Positions 40,501 through 50,497 of a DNA stretch of 64,000 nucleotides are shown piece after piece. A program made the position numbers and the translations under genes. Numbering within the stretch: position 1 is the stretch's first letter; each line of letters starts with the position of its first letter. The stretch covers positions 310,001 through 374,000 of the IMG/VR virus record IMGVR_UViG_3300035661_000001; one strand, written 5' to 3'. The notes below the pieces were generated by a model, which did not search any database, was not told the origin of the DNA, and saw only the letters and a list, made by a program, of their open reading frames with translations.

Positions 40501-43500
40501 AACCGGAAGTAATTGAATCAGTATTTCAAGAATGGTCATTAGGAAGTAGTTTGTTAAATCCAACATCTATTAAAACAAAAGGTGATTTTCAATTATTACC
40601 AGCCAAATTCGATAATGGTGTATTAATAGATTCCACAAATCAAACAATTAATTTCCCTTTTAACTCAAATATAAGATTAGAAGAAGGGACATTTGAAACA
40701 TGGATTTCATCACAATGGAATGGTTTAGATAATGACGCCCTGTTAACGTTTAATATTTTAAAAGACGGCTATGCTATTGATCCATCAAATGTATTTATAG
40801 GTACGGCTGAGGCTCATCCAGAAATAATTAATGGTTCATTTTCTATTTCTAAATTAACAAATATGATTGGTTCTCCAAATAAAAATAAAGATGGAGTATT
40901 CATTTATTATGATACTGATTTATCAGGAACATATTTAAGATGGTATGTTGAAATAATAGATGGATATGTTAGCCCAATTAGTTCTAATTATAAATTCAAA
41001 ATCACAGCCACTGGCTCATTTTATGATACGAAAAGTATTGTAATTCCTAAACCATCTAATTTAACTATTTTTACTGGAACTAGTACTGTTAATTTCAATA
41101 TCATTGGCGGTGGACAAATAGATGAAGGTATTACATTTGTATCAGATGTTGATCATTACATTTTAGATGTTGGAGAAGATAAAACAAAAAATCGTATTTC
41201 TTTATTCAAAGACATTAGTGGATATTTGAATTTTAGGGTATACGATAAAAATAAAACACCATATACAATTAGTTCTGACGTTTCTAATTGGAAATCTGGC
41301 GATCTACATCATATTGCAGTTTCTTGGAAATTAAATACTAGAAATGGACGTGATGAAATGCATTTATTTGTGGATGGTTTTGAAATACCTAACATTATTA
41401 AATATGGTCAAAAGTTAAGACCATATTTACATGAAAAATTCAGAACAATAAATCCAGAAGAAATTATAGGATCGACTAATATAGATATAGTTTCATCAAC
41501 AGATTTATTAATTACAGCTGGTAATGATACGGTTTCTTCTAGTGTTAATTTTAGTGCTTACAATATTTTCGCCGGAGATACTATTTACATTGATGAATTG
41601 GGTTTTTCGGATTCTGGGTATACTATCATTTCAATAAATGGTCAGAATTTAGTTTTATCTCAATTAATGCCAGTAACATTATCAAATGGAAGATTTTCTG
41701 TAAATAGAACGAAATACGAAGTAGTTTCAGATATTGATGTTTCTCCCAATATTACAGTTTCTACAATTCATGCAATGTTATCTGGTACAGATTTGATTGG
41801 TAATTCTGGAAATGATACTGTCATGTCTCCTAGCATCAATTTTACTAATGATAATATTGTGCAAGGATATCTGTTAAAAATAGATGATACGCTTATTACA
41901 AATATATATACTATTGTCGCAGTAAACGGCAATACATTGACTATCAATGATAATTTACCAACTAGTATCTCTAGTACTACATTTAGAATTTATTCAAATG
42001 TTGAAAATGAATTGCCTGGAGTAAGAGCATTAGAACCAGCATACAGTATATCTAAAGATAATAATTTTAATAATGTCTTAACATTATCTAGCCAGGTGTT
42101 TGCCGGAGATTTAATTCTAATTAAAACGTTAGGTTTAAATCACAGAAAAATAAAACAAAACTATTATGTATGGAGTGATGGTGTAGAAAATATTTTAATG
42201 ACAAATTTGCCACCACCTATTTCATTGGATGAGGCAAATATTACTAGAATAATTACACCAACAACTGTTATCAATTCTTCTAATTCGACTTTATCTGGTG
42301 GAGTATTGCATTCCAATAATTTAGATACCGCTAAGCCATCAAATTCTCAAAATGGCAGAACCATAAGCGTTACTATAAGTGGAACAAATATAGATTTTAC
42401 AATACCAGTCCAAGTAACCATAAATGGAGTAAGTGGAATTAATACTATTAGTGAAACTATCATTTTTAATGATTATGGCACTTTAGATTTCACTAATCTT
42501 TATTTGTCTTTAAATTATGTGAATATAAATGTAAAACCAACAAACACTTCAAAATCAGCATGTACAATAACAGTTAAAGAAAAATATTCTATCACACATG
42601 CGGAAAGCAGTGGATACGCTCCAGTAGTAAAATTCAGCTATCAAATAGGTTATGGATATACTTTATACAATAGCGGTATTAACTCTGTTACTGATGATAG
42701 TAAATTATTTAGCGCACTTGATGTTAATAATTATTTAGTAATTAGTTCGCCAGTACAAGCAGCAGGCTTCTATAAAATTACTAGTGTCTCACAAGATCGT
42801 AAAACATTGTTCATTGATCCGACTAGTGCGGCTCCAGTGTTACCTATACCTTCATTTGATAATGGAGTATATCAAATTTTACAGGTTAATTCATATCGAA
42901 GTGGATTGCAAAATGGCTTCTTCACATTTGAAGTTAATGTATTGCCAAGCCAAGCGTATTATCTTGATAAAGGTTTTTACGAATTAGAGTATTTTACCTA
43001 TACTAGAATTGGATTAGACCCAATTAATAATCAAGTATTTTTGGGCAGTGATTATACTGGGCACTTACAATTACATGGATTAATCGATCAAGTTAAAATT
43101 TACTCGACTATGTTGACAGACACTAGAATTGGCGAAAGTATTCCTGAAAATCAGCGTTCAATCACTAAGGATTTCAATTCATTAAAATCCTTATCATCAG
43201 ATGCAACGACATTAATGTTAATAGATTTTAATACTTTTCCTTTTAAGAATGTTGCGGATTTTTATGTTTCACCAAGTCCCATAAAAAAACATTTCTATTC
43301 TTCATTAGTTGTAAATGAAAATTTTGGAAATAGTCTGGTAATGTTGGAAGAACCATTAATTATTTCAAATGATGGTGTTTTGAATACTAGAAAAGAAGGT
43401 ACATTAGAATTTTGGGTTAATCCATTGTTTGATACTTGTAATGATCCTCATAAAAGATTTTATTTTGATGCTTACGGCGCAATAACAGAAGAAATAGTTA

Positions 43501-44642
43501 GCGTTAATAATGTGTCATTGAAATTATCTAGTCCTGCATCACAAATATTAAGTGTAAAGATCAAGAATGGTGATTCAAAATTAGATTATTTTGCTGGTGG
43601 TAAAATAGAAATAGATACTCAAAATGCTATTCAAGAACAAAAAAATAGTATAGGTAATAGTGCCGTGTTAGTTTCCAAACCAATATTACAAGTCATAACT
43701 ATAAAAATTATTGGGGATCTTACTGATACTGATTATTTTGCAAATGGTGCTATTAGTTCTGATATGCAAATTATTTATCTTGGAAAGATTTTACCAAGTA
43801 GTAATTTGCCATTATTAATAACATATCAAACTGCAGAGAATGAAAACAAAATTATTAATACTCAAATAATAAGATTGAATAAAAAACTTCCTTACCAAAA
43901 ATCTCATGTTGTAGTTAATTATATTCCTAAAGGTTTACAAGGAGATCGTATTGCAATTTTTAAAGATGAAATAGGTTATTTAAATTTTGCAATTACTGCT
44001 TCTGGAAAAGATTACGTTATAGGCGCACCAACCTATTGGGCTAGAGATACATGGCATAAAGTGAAAGCTAGTTTCATTATCAACAGTGGTATTAATAAAG
44101 ATGAAATGAGATTGTTTATTGATGGCTATATATATAATAATGTTGTTTTTGGTTCTGATTTGATTGCTGGAACTTTGCCCGCTATAACAGGATCGGTAAC
44201 CATTGGTGATGGCTATGGTAGTTTGGGAAGCATAAAATTTAAAGACTCAATTAATGAAGTGTTCATTGGAGCACAATACGATAAACAATATCCAATATTT
44301 AGTTTGTTAGATAATTTCAGAATTAGCAGTGTCTCAAGACCTATTTATGCACCATACGGTGAGCCTTTAGATGTAGGATACAGTTCCAATTTAGACATGG
44401 TCTTTCCAGTAACAGAAGATTTGTACACCACCTATCTATTAAATTCTGATGCAATTTCATTTATAAATGATGATTTTGCCACCATCAGGAATAGACGATC
44501 TGGTTTATTTGATTTTTCTGTTAATATAATAGATAGTCTCGGTATAGTAAATAGTAGCATAAAATCCAAAGAAGCCTTAGAAAAATTGATTAAAGTCCTT
44601 AAGCCGGCTAATTCCAGGGCATTTATTCAATATATTAAATGA
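37512..44642 (+). CDS. giant baseplate wedge protein with LamG/concanavalin-like domains
   Basis: 2376 aa; LKNFG...RERYRDAL...GPT wedge motif, LamG-like EGTFETW/HHIAVSW/LFVDG and EGTLEFW/WHKVKASF/LFIDG, C-terminal LKPANSR as in GpI-like proteins. Confidence 0.65.
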   Translation: MQILRILSVTINNNSSIDVSFTENLTSNLVPSNISIISDTPNVPSSEVLFIRITGNVLSFVCQPLTPLASYFIKLSNTPTNPFISLNGDAKISEDGVSNMYLITGPLSSDNPVKNFFLSYFKDNIYDLEDSNGLVAKYIDSLSVSLARALYDIGQTKNENYLSFTVTDEQKTRGPGPFDRLNEESAYEIFRVGRGATTANASTAFVISDFPAYPITLQKQDNIEVVKPNTINQSGYFNINSLIFNLSTLPITKVNSIVFTQLTANPIYVYDIENFGYQIKNSRYDQDFAFDYLVLEENQIKISDKILEDSLFSLDNILSVEVKYESKDLGRVVDSNTVIVTTVKKSIREVLPPIINIFNLKHAPITDTSGIIINLGGVIFTDPNTTTGLQHPAFITELPFRLNGLPFLPGQYSIDYTTGNVYVYGADLTNDGTGAFPPLATYNYLLTYKHNQDYTYDPDLLDVVSLPHGNLRNSSGTVKFNYEQVLIPGIDYVANLHQEVLTERINNNLLAANLIKTQSSPITNVYRIYNETSGEIYTLDRWSDNKIYFRYNTPPRIDQKLNERVSFNTVTNELLFVNSSQLNNSFLNIVKIFLNNNTIISGTEDSVATSFNTSLTFSDNNIFIKEKWFNRQLDESINIDRLESIGEYMIDYFNGVVYCVVVDPQNFNIGTVSYKNNTISPQFPHLISVDDLYYQINILDSKTKTFTYTSFGDGFVIPESLDYADELTLNNSDAIYQIHDDQIGIFMDGIFIPGVTNQIKYVRSLIEYEDLLNSTNPLNFASFVNSGDFDVQIEPIIGQSFENVQFDGNYYVVINQNIPYLSNNITYAFTVTRVSDSATLWNGSGTVIPGDVVKLVLPGINAPNEGDLVNVTFTFTINDLSRIVIDYNKGEYYIDYVYVADEIIVSYEHGDNVLDFRKSKNLPTGSVYYVTYKVGALRDALLKNFGTLVNIPELANFDINFDRERYRDALIAALSSFIQGPTITAIKNIGQTISHIEPEVIESVFQEWSLGSSLLNPTSIKTKGDFQLLPAKFDNGVLIDSTNQTINFPFNSNIRLEEGTFETWISSQWNGLDNDALLTFNILKDGYAIDPSNVFIGTAEAHPEIINGSFSISKLTNMIGSPNKNKDGVFIYYDTDLSGTYLRWYVEIIDGYVSPISSNYKFKITATGSFYDTKSIVIPKPSNLTIFTGTSTVNFNIIGGGQIDEGITFVSDVDHYILDVGEDKTKNRISLFKDISGYLNFRVYDKNKTPYTISSDVSNWKSGDLHHIAVSWKLNTRNGRDEMHLFVDGFEIPNIIKYGQKLRPYLHEKFRTINPEEIIGSTNIDIVSSTDLLITAGNDTVSSSVNFSAYNIFAGDTIYIDELGFSDSGYTIISINGQNLVLSQLMPVTLSNGRFSVNRTKYEVVSDIDVSPNITVSTIHAMLSGTDLIGNSGNDTVMSPSINFTNDNIVQGYLLKIDDTLITNIYTIVAVNGNTLTINDNLPTSISSTTFRIYSNVENELPGVRALEPAYSISKDNNFNNVLTLSSQVFAGDLILIKTLGLNHRKIKQNYYVWSDGVENILMTNLPPPISLDEANITRIITPTTVINSSNSTLSGGVLHSNNLDTAKPSNSQNGRTISVTISGTNIDFTIPVQVTINGVSGINTISETIIFNDYGTLDFTNLYLSLNYVNINVKPTNTSKSACTITVKEKYSITHAESSGYAPVVKFSYQIGYGYTLYNSGINSVTDDSKLFSALDVNNYLVISSPVQAAGFYKITSVSQDRKTLFIDPTSAAPVLPIPSFDNGVYQILQVNSYRSGLQNGFFTFEVNVLPSQAYYLDKGFYELEYFTYTRIGLDPINNQVFLGSDYTGHLQLHGLIDQVKIYSTMLTDTRIGESIPENQRSITKDFNSLKSLSSDATTLMLIDFNTFPFKNVADFYVSPSPIKKHFYSSLVVNENFGNSLVMLEEPLIISNDGVLNTRKEGTLEFWVNPLFDTCNDPHKRFYFDAYGAITEEIVSVNNVSLKLSSPASQILSVKIKNGDSKLDYFAGGKIEIDTQNAIQEQKNSIGNSAVLVSKPILQVITIKIIGDLTDTDYFANGAISSDMQIIYLGKILPSSNLPLLITYQTAENENKIINTQIIRLNKKLPYQKSHVVVNYIPKGLQGDRIAIFKDEIGYLNFAITASGKDYVIGAPTYWARDTWHKVKASFIINSGINKDEMRLFIDGYIYNNVVFGSDLIAGTLPAITGSVTIGDGYGSLGSIKFKDSINEVFIGAQYDKQYPIFSLLDNFRISSVSRPIYAPYGEPLDVGYSSNLDMVFPVTEDLYTTYLLNSDAISFINDDFATIRNRRSGLFDFSVNIIDSLGIVNSSIKSKEALEKLIKVLKPANSRAFIQYIK

Positions 44643-44649
44643 GAACAAA

Positions 44650-47600
44650 ATGACAAAAAGAAGCCCTATTTCTGCTCAACAAAATATATGGTTTGATGCT
44701 CAACAAGTAGATAATACTGACTTGACATTGGAACAAGATTTTAACAATACTATAAATTCTGCAGTAATTGGTAATCATATAGGTTCAGGAACCTTGCCTG
44801 AAGTACTAGAACAGATTGTTCTATTTGACTCTTCTCTAGCCTCTGGTTTTTTGGATGGCACAATTGTACAAATCCAAAATCAACCTTCAGATAATAATTT
44901 AGGTAATCAATTAGAAATAGAATTAACCGGTTCTAATGTCGCAGGAAAAAAAGCAATTAAATTTTGCGTAATTGGGTTAGACTTTCAAAGTAATTTAATT
45001 TATGAAACTTTCTATTTCAGAACAAATGAAATACAAGTTACTCGTCAACATTTTGCTCAAATTTTATTATTGTTATTCAATGATTTTATTGGAGATTCTA
45101 CTCTTTCTCTTAATTTGGTAGGCAAATTAATAGTTAGAGAGGCTAGACCTTTAACTATTTCTAGAGATCCAATTATGGTCTCTCAGGCGGTAGAGCCTAA
45201 TTTATTTTTCAGAGATTTTTATGTTGCTGGATTTAGTTCATTATTAAGTTTATTACAAACAGCTTTACCATTATACAATATCGATACTCTTAATATTTAT
45301 ACTGCTCCACTAGATAATAAAATTTTAGGAGTTGGAGACGTTACTACTCAAATTGGACAAAAATTTGTTACAAAAACTAGTAATATTCAAAAGGTCACAT
45401 TATTATTATCAGTACAAAATACAGAAGTAGGTAATGAAGATGATTTAGCCTGGAATGGTGATATCGTTGTTAGTTTGTATCCATTACAATCAACTATAGA
45501 ATGTATTTCTGATATCGCTCCTAATTCTCCTATAGACTTTTCTCCTTCAAACATACCTTTAGCGCAATTAAGTTTTAATTACAACACTTTACAAGCTTCA
45601 GGAACAGTTTTAGATACGGTCCCTCAACCAGTTGATTTTATTTTTAGCAATGGTTCAGTTGCTAATGGAAACCAATTAGTTATTGGTAATTATTATACAG
45701 TTACTATTAAGAGATCGGGCTCAGCTGATAAATGTGATATTTTAATAGCAGCAGGTTCAAATCATACTTTCAATTCAAGAATAACTACATTCACCGGAAC
45801 GTTGTGGATAGATATTCCTGAACAAGATTTGTGGTTTAAAATATGGACAGATGCCGCAAAAGTTTCAGATGGTCAAGTATACGAAAATGGTTATGGAAGC
45901 ATTCTTCCAAAAATCATCGAAGATTCTGACACGCTTGCCACAGTTGATTATTCATTTGGTAATATTCAATTTAAAGGTAACGATATATACAGGGCGGTTG
46001 TCGCAGCAATCACGGAAGAAACTACACCAATTCCTGATCAAAGAACTGGTAATCCAGTTCTTTCTAGACAACAATTTATTCCAAAAATAAATTTATTAAA
46101 TACGATTGACTTAACGAATTTAGAAAAAGCTTCTGATCCATTAATTATTGGTGCTATCTCTGATAAAAATATCAAGTTTTTTGATTCATTATCAGCAGTA
46201 ATTAATTCAAAATTGTATAGCGCCACTATAGTACACGATGAATTAATTGTTAAAATAGTAGATGATTCTACTGATACTGTTAGATTTGATAGCTCTGTCT
46301 CTGGTTTGATCTCTAGTCTTTTGAATGGAGATTTTGTTGGAGCTAAAATTTTTCCAAATGCTGGCGCTATTAATATCTATTATAGAATAGCTTCCTCAAA
46401 ATTAATATCTTGTATACTTGGAGATGTAAATGGAGATGGAATTATAGATGAAAAGGATTTGGAATTATTAAATAGTTATATTGATTATGATTTAAATGTT
46501 GGCTTACCAGTTGATACTGTAGTTGTTACTGATGGTACTACCACCACATTTACCAATAGTTATAATACATATACAAACAATTTTAGTAATTTATTCGGAA
46601 TCACTTTTCAAGTTGTAAATTCAATTACTAATGCGGTAATTGCTTCAGGTACTGATGGCGTATTGGTCGCTCATCCCACAAATAATAGATTAGCTCAATT
46701 TACAAGTTCTAGTATAATATTTGGAGATATTGTTGGATTAGGAAGTCATAAATTAGTATTGATAACACCTAGTAATCAAGAAAATTACGGTGGGTTTGAT
46801 ATCGTATCAATTGATACGTTGACAGATGTATTGACTATTAGAAAAGTGATTTTAACAGGCGATGTAATTATGCAAATGTTAAGATCTGATATTGATGGTG
46901 ATTTTCATGTTACTAATAATGATGGATATTTGTTATCAAATTATATTGAAAAAGCAGTATTATCATCATCTCTTACTAGCACATATCCTGGACCAACAAC
47001 TAATCCATTTACCAAAATCGGAACCAAATTTAATACTATCAGATTTAAATTAGAACAATTTACAGATCGAGCAGATGATTATGCGACAGATCCAAATGAT
47101 AGAGTAAATGTAGTACATCCTTCTCCTGATATCTTTCTGTCGGATGGATATTTTGAAAATCATGATTTTTATACAAGTCCATCTGTTTTATCTTTCCAAA
47201 AACAACTGACATGGGATGAATCTTTAATTGTAACTAATAGTCGCCCACGATTTGTGCCATGTGTGTTCCCAACTCTTTCGGGATTCATGGAAAATAAATG
47301 TTCTATTGAAGGAGTAAATGTTAATATTTACGAATCTAAACCGGATTTTGATTCGGGTAGAGTAGATGTATTTGTTCCTGATAATTTGATTATTGGCAGA
47401 GGTGGGGAAATACATAGACCAGATGGTAATTTTTATAAAGTAGATTTTGAAGTTGGTACTATTGTATTAGAGATTCCTGACGGAATATTTGGAGCAGAAC
47501 GTACCATAAATGTTTTAGATGATTTTATTGCAGATTATACCGGAGATGGTAGAACTCGTTTAGGATTCCCTTCAATGAAATTTGCTGACTGTTCACTAGT

Positions 47601-48189
47601 TAATGCTGACGCTTTAATTAACGATCAAGTGAGATTCTCAGTTGCAGTTCAATCTTTTTCACCTAACACAAATGGACTGAGCACTGATGGTTATGAAGGT
47701 GCTATAGTAGATGGTAAAATTGGAGTAGCAATAGATTATCAGACCGGATTATTAACACTGAATTTTACCAATTTGTATCAAGATACAATTTTACAAACAT
47801 TAAGTACTAAAATTCAAGTAAGCATTTTCTTGAAAAAAGGCGGGTTTAATAACCAACCACTGTTTGTAGATTCAGTAAAAATGCAAAATATGTTAAAACT
47901 AGTTAGCGTATTTAGTGGAGCTGTAGACGGAGGACCATCTGCATTAGTAGATTTACAATCAGACATTACTGGAATACTACCAATTATACATGGTGGTACA
48001 GGATTGAATGATGTTGGTGCTTTCGGAACCGTATTGATTAGTAACGGTAGCGGACTAAGTTATCAATTCATAGTCAGTGATTCTATAGTCTATATTCCTG
48101 CTAATATTACTGATTGGTCTGGTGTTGCACCGGCATCGGTGCAAGAGGCTCTAGACAGAATTGCAGCGGCGATAGGTCCGATCCCATAA
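44650..48189 (+). CDS. baseplate/fibre-attachment structural protein with dockerin/EF-hand-like motifs
   Basis: N-terminal WFDAQQV...DLTLEQ; GDVNGDGIIDEKD and SDIDGDFHVTNND Ca-binding motifs; C-terminal LPIIHGGTG and SVQEALDRI fibre motifs. Confidence 0.6.
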   Translation: MTKRSPISAQQNIWFDAQQVDNTDLTLEQDFNNTINSAVIGNHIGSGTLPEVLEQIVLFDSSLASGFLDGTIVQIQNQPSDNNLGNQLEIELTGSNVAGKKAIKFCVIGLDFQSNLIYETFYFRTNEIQVTRQHFAQILLLLFNDFIGDSTLSLNLVGKLIVREARPLTISRDPIMVSQAVEPNLFFRDFYVAGFSSLLSLLQTALPLYNIDTLNIYTAPLDNKILGVGDVTTQIGQKFVTKTSNIQKVTLLLSVQNTEVGNEDDLAWNGDIVVSLYPLQSTIECISDIAPNSPIDFSPSNIPLAQLSFNYNTLQASGTVLDTVPQPVDFIFSNGSVANGNQLVIGNYYTVTIKRSGSADKCDILIAAGSNHTFNSRITTFTGTLWIDIPEQDLWFKIWTDAAKVSDGQVYENGYGSILPKIIEDSDTLATVDYSFGNIQFKGNDIYRAVVAAITEETTPIPDQRTGNPVLSRQQFIPKINLLNTIDLTNLEKASDPLIIGAISDKNIKFFDSLSAVINSKLYSATIVHDELIVKIVDDSTDTVRFDSSVSGLISSLLNGDFVGAKIFPNAGAINIYYRIASSKLISCILGDVNGDGIIDEKDLELLNSYIDYDLNVGLPVDTVVVTDGTTTTFTNSYNTYTNNFSNLFGITFQVVNSITNAVIASGTDGVLVAHPTNNRLAQFTSSSIIFGDIVGLGSHKLVLITPSNQENYGGFDIVSIDTLTDVLTIRKVILTGDVIMQMLRSDIDGDFHVTNNDGYLLSNYIEKAVLSSSLTSTYPGPTTNPFTKIGTKFNTIRFKLEQFTDRADDYATDPNDRVNVVHPSPDIFLSDGYFENHDFYTSPSVLSFQKQLTWDESLIVTNSRPRFVPCVFPTLSGFMENKCSIEGVNVNIYESKPDFDSGRVDVFVPDNLIIGRGGEIHRPDGNFYKVDFEVGTIVLEIPDGIFGAERTINVLDDFIADYTGDGRTRLGFPSMKFADCSLVNADALINDQVRFSVAVQSFSPNTNGLSTDGYEGAIVDGKIGVAIDYQTGLLTLNFTNLYQDTILQTLSTKIQVSIFLKKGGFNNQPLFVDSVKMQNMLKLVSVFSGAVDGGPSALVDLQSDITGILPIIHGGTGLNDVGAFGTVLISNGSGLSYQFIVSDSIVYIPANITDWSGVAPASVQEALDRIAAAIGPIP

Positions 48190-48213
48190 AAATAATAATA
48201 CATTCGTAAACTG

Positions 48214-48258
48214 TAACCCTTGACATATAGTTTTTTAAACTTACCTTGTCAAGGGTTA
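48214..48258. repeat. 12-bp inverted repeat at the end of the structural operon; overlaps a sigma70-like promoter
   Basis: taacccttgaca...tgtcaagggtta; TTGACA (48220-48225)-N16-TACCTT on the plus strand. Confidence 0.65.
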
Positions 48259-48261
48259 TTT

Positions 48262-48534
48262 ATGAGAAAAAAGAGCGAGAGAAGAATTCCTATTCCTGAT
48301 ATAGTGTAGAATAAAGTAGAAGAAAAATTTGGCACAAATTTAAGATATACAGAGCCAAATACTGGTTATCCAGTACCAGTGATCAAATCTACAGAGTGGT
48401 CAGTGGGATTGAATATTAATTTTGCCCCATGGCTTTTTGTTTTTGATCAAAATGATAATACATATTTATTTCGCAGATTTAAATATTCAGAAAAAGAATT
48501 TCTTAGAGTGCTAGATTTGTTAATTTTTGTATAG
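48262..48534 (+). pseudogene. short ORF with in-frame TAG at codon 16; C-terminal LxxF-family member
   Basis: MRKKSERRIPIPDIV*NKVEEKFG...KYSEKEFLRVLDLLIFV*; the frame is otherwise open for 90 codons. Confidence 0.55.
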
Positions 48535-48573
48535 GAAAAAATCATTCCTGGTAATATTTGATCATATCTTAAT

Positions 48574-49317
48574 ATGGACAATTTAAAATGTATTAAGTGT
48601 GAAATAGAAAAAGAGCAAACTGAAGATAATTTTTATTATCGAAAAGACACTAATAAATGGAAGCCAGTTTGCAAAACTTGTTTGAGTGATAAAAACAAAA
48701 AAATATATGCAAACAATTCTGAAGATATAAAAACCAGATGTAATGTATATAGAGATAAAAATCGGAAAGTAATCAATACTAAAGCAAAAATTTACAATTC
48801 AAAACCCGATGTAAAATTAAGAAATAAAACTTATAGACAAGATAATAAAGTGGCTTTAAGAAAAAAAGAAAAAGCGTGGCGCCTCAAAAATCCAGAAAAA
48901 CACAAAGAAATTGCAAGAAAAAAATCTCAGAAACAAAACAAAAAGCCAATGTCAAAAATAAAACATCACATTTCTTGGTGTGTCAGTAAGGCTCTGATAA
49001 AGCAAAATACTTCAAAAGCAAACAAGTCAATAATTAATTATTTAGGTTATTCAATTCAAGAATTGAAAGAACATCTTGAAAAACAATTTGAATCATGGAT
49101 GACTTGGGATAATTATGGTGTTTATAAATTATCTTCTTGGAAAGATGATGATAAGTCTACATGGACTTGGCAAATAGATCACGTCATACCTCATTCGACG
49201 TTTAAGTATATTTCTATGAAAGATGGAGAATTTAAGAAGTGTTGGGCATTAGAAAACTTGAGACCATATTCCGCCAAACAGAATGTTTTGGATGGTGCAA
49301 ATAAAACGAGACATTAA
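48574..49317 (+). CDS. HNH-family homing endonuclease (copy 2)
   Basis: CxxC...CxxC, HLEKQFESWMTW...WQIDHVIP...CWALENLRPYSAKQN. Confidence 0.85.
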   Translation: MDNLKCIKCEIEKEQTEDNFYYRKDTNKWKPVCKTCLSDKNKKIYANNSEDIKTRCNVYRDKNRKVINTKAKIYNSKPDVKLRNKTYRQDNKVALRKKEKAWRLKNPEKHKEIARKKSQKQNKKPMSKIKHHISWCVSKALIKQNTSKANKSIINYLGYSIQELKEHLEKQFESWMTWDNYGVYKLSSWKDDDKSTWTWQIDHVIPHSTFKYISMKDGEFKKCWALENLRPYSAKQNVLDGANKTRH

Positions 49318-50442
49318 ATGAAAATTCTTATAAGACAATTCCTTGGAAAATCTCATAGCTGGAGCATCGTTGGTTGGGGTATCGCTAATGCTTTAATAAA
49401 AAACCATGATGTTCATTTGTTTTCTACGGATGGTATTAAACATACTCCTCAAAATTTAAAACCCTATGTAATAGGTTATACTGAAGAAAATGATCCCAAA
49501 GTTGTGGGAAGAATTCCTGATGCAGAATATGATTGCCAAATCAGCTATACTTGCATGAAAAATTTTCAATGGACATTGAGTAATGGGAACAAAAATAGAT
49601 TTGGCATTTGGTGCTATGAGTGGGCTGGTAAAAATGTATTACCAAATGGATTTGCAAAATCCTATCAATCTTGTGATCAAATCCTAGCTCCTAGCCAATT
49701 TGCAAAACAAGTTTTTATGGACTCAGGGGTTCCCGAATTTTCAATTAAAGTTATTTCTCATGGAATAAATTCTGAACAATATGTACAGAATACTACTATT
49801 AAACTTCCAACAAATAAAAAATACAAACTATTTGCAAACATAGCTCAACCTCATATTCGTAAAAATATTCCAGGGTTATTAAAAGCTTATGGTAAAGCTT
49901 TTAATAAACATGATGATGTTTGTTTAATTTTGAAATGTGGTAAAACACCCAAGAAAAGATTTGATTTCGAAGTAGCGTTTGATAAATGTTTACATGATTT
50001 TTACACGCAATTTCCAAATCATGCAGAAGTTAAAATTTTTGCCGATTTTGTTGAAGACATCTCGGCTCTTTATAGAAGTGTAGATACGGTAATCACATTG
50101 GCTCATTGTGAAGGATTTTATTTTCCGGGACTTGAAGCTCTTGCTTCTGGCAAATCAGTTATTGCTCCCAGGTGGGGAGGTCAATTAGATTTTCTGAATG
50201 ATAATAATGCTTTGCTCATTAATGGTAAAGAGTCTAGAGCTAATCCACAAAGCATGTATTGGGATAGTAAAAATAATGCAATTTGGTTTGAACCAGACAT
50301 TAATGATGCTGTTGATAAAATGAAATTTGCGTACCAAAATTACGAATCTTTGAATTCTAAATCAGAAGAGAATCGCCCCGCTATTTTAGAAAAATTTGAT
50401 TGGTCTATAATAACAAATCAAATTTTAGATTTATGTAAATAA
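49318..50442 (+). CDS. GT-B (GT4-like) glycosyltransferase
   Basis: PSQF...VISHGI, RKNIPGLLKAY, EGFYFPGLEALASGKSVI (E-x7-E signature). Confidence 0.9.
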   Translation: MKILIRQFLGKSHSWSIVGWGIANALIKNHDVHLFSTDGIKHTPQNLKPYVIGYTEENDPKVVGRIPDAEYDCQISYTCMKNFQWTLSNGNKNRFGIWCYEWAGKNVLPNGFAKSYQSCDQILAPSQFAKQVFMDSGVPEFSIKVISHGINSEQYVQNTTIKLPTNKKYKLFANIAQPHIRKNIPGLLKAYGKAFNKHDDVCLILKCGKTPKKRFDFEVAFDKCLHDFYTQFPNHAEVKIFADFVEDISALYRSVDTVITLAHCEGFYFPGLEALASGKSVIAPRWGGQLDFLNDNNALLINGKESRANPQSMYWDSKNNAIWFEPDINDAVDKMKFAYQNYESLNSKSEENRPAILEKFDWSIITNQILDLCK

Positions 50443-50458
50443 ATAATATTAAGGGTGC

Positions 50459-50487
50459 TTGACACCACTCGGGCTCGTACCTATAAT
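50459..50487 (+). promoter_or_regulatory. perfect-consensus sigma70 promoter
   Basis: TTGACA (50459-50464)-17 nt-TATAAT (50482-50487). Confidence 0.85.
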
Positions 50488-50497
50488 TGATAGACTA

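Noticed and set aside
13143-48189. Extracellular contractile injection system or tailocin rather than phage
   Set aside because: Neck-like genes, the G/GT frameshift, phage-type replication genes and homing endonucleases point to a phage genome, although no capsid gene is visible in this window.
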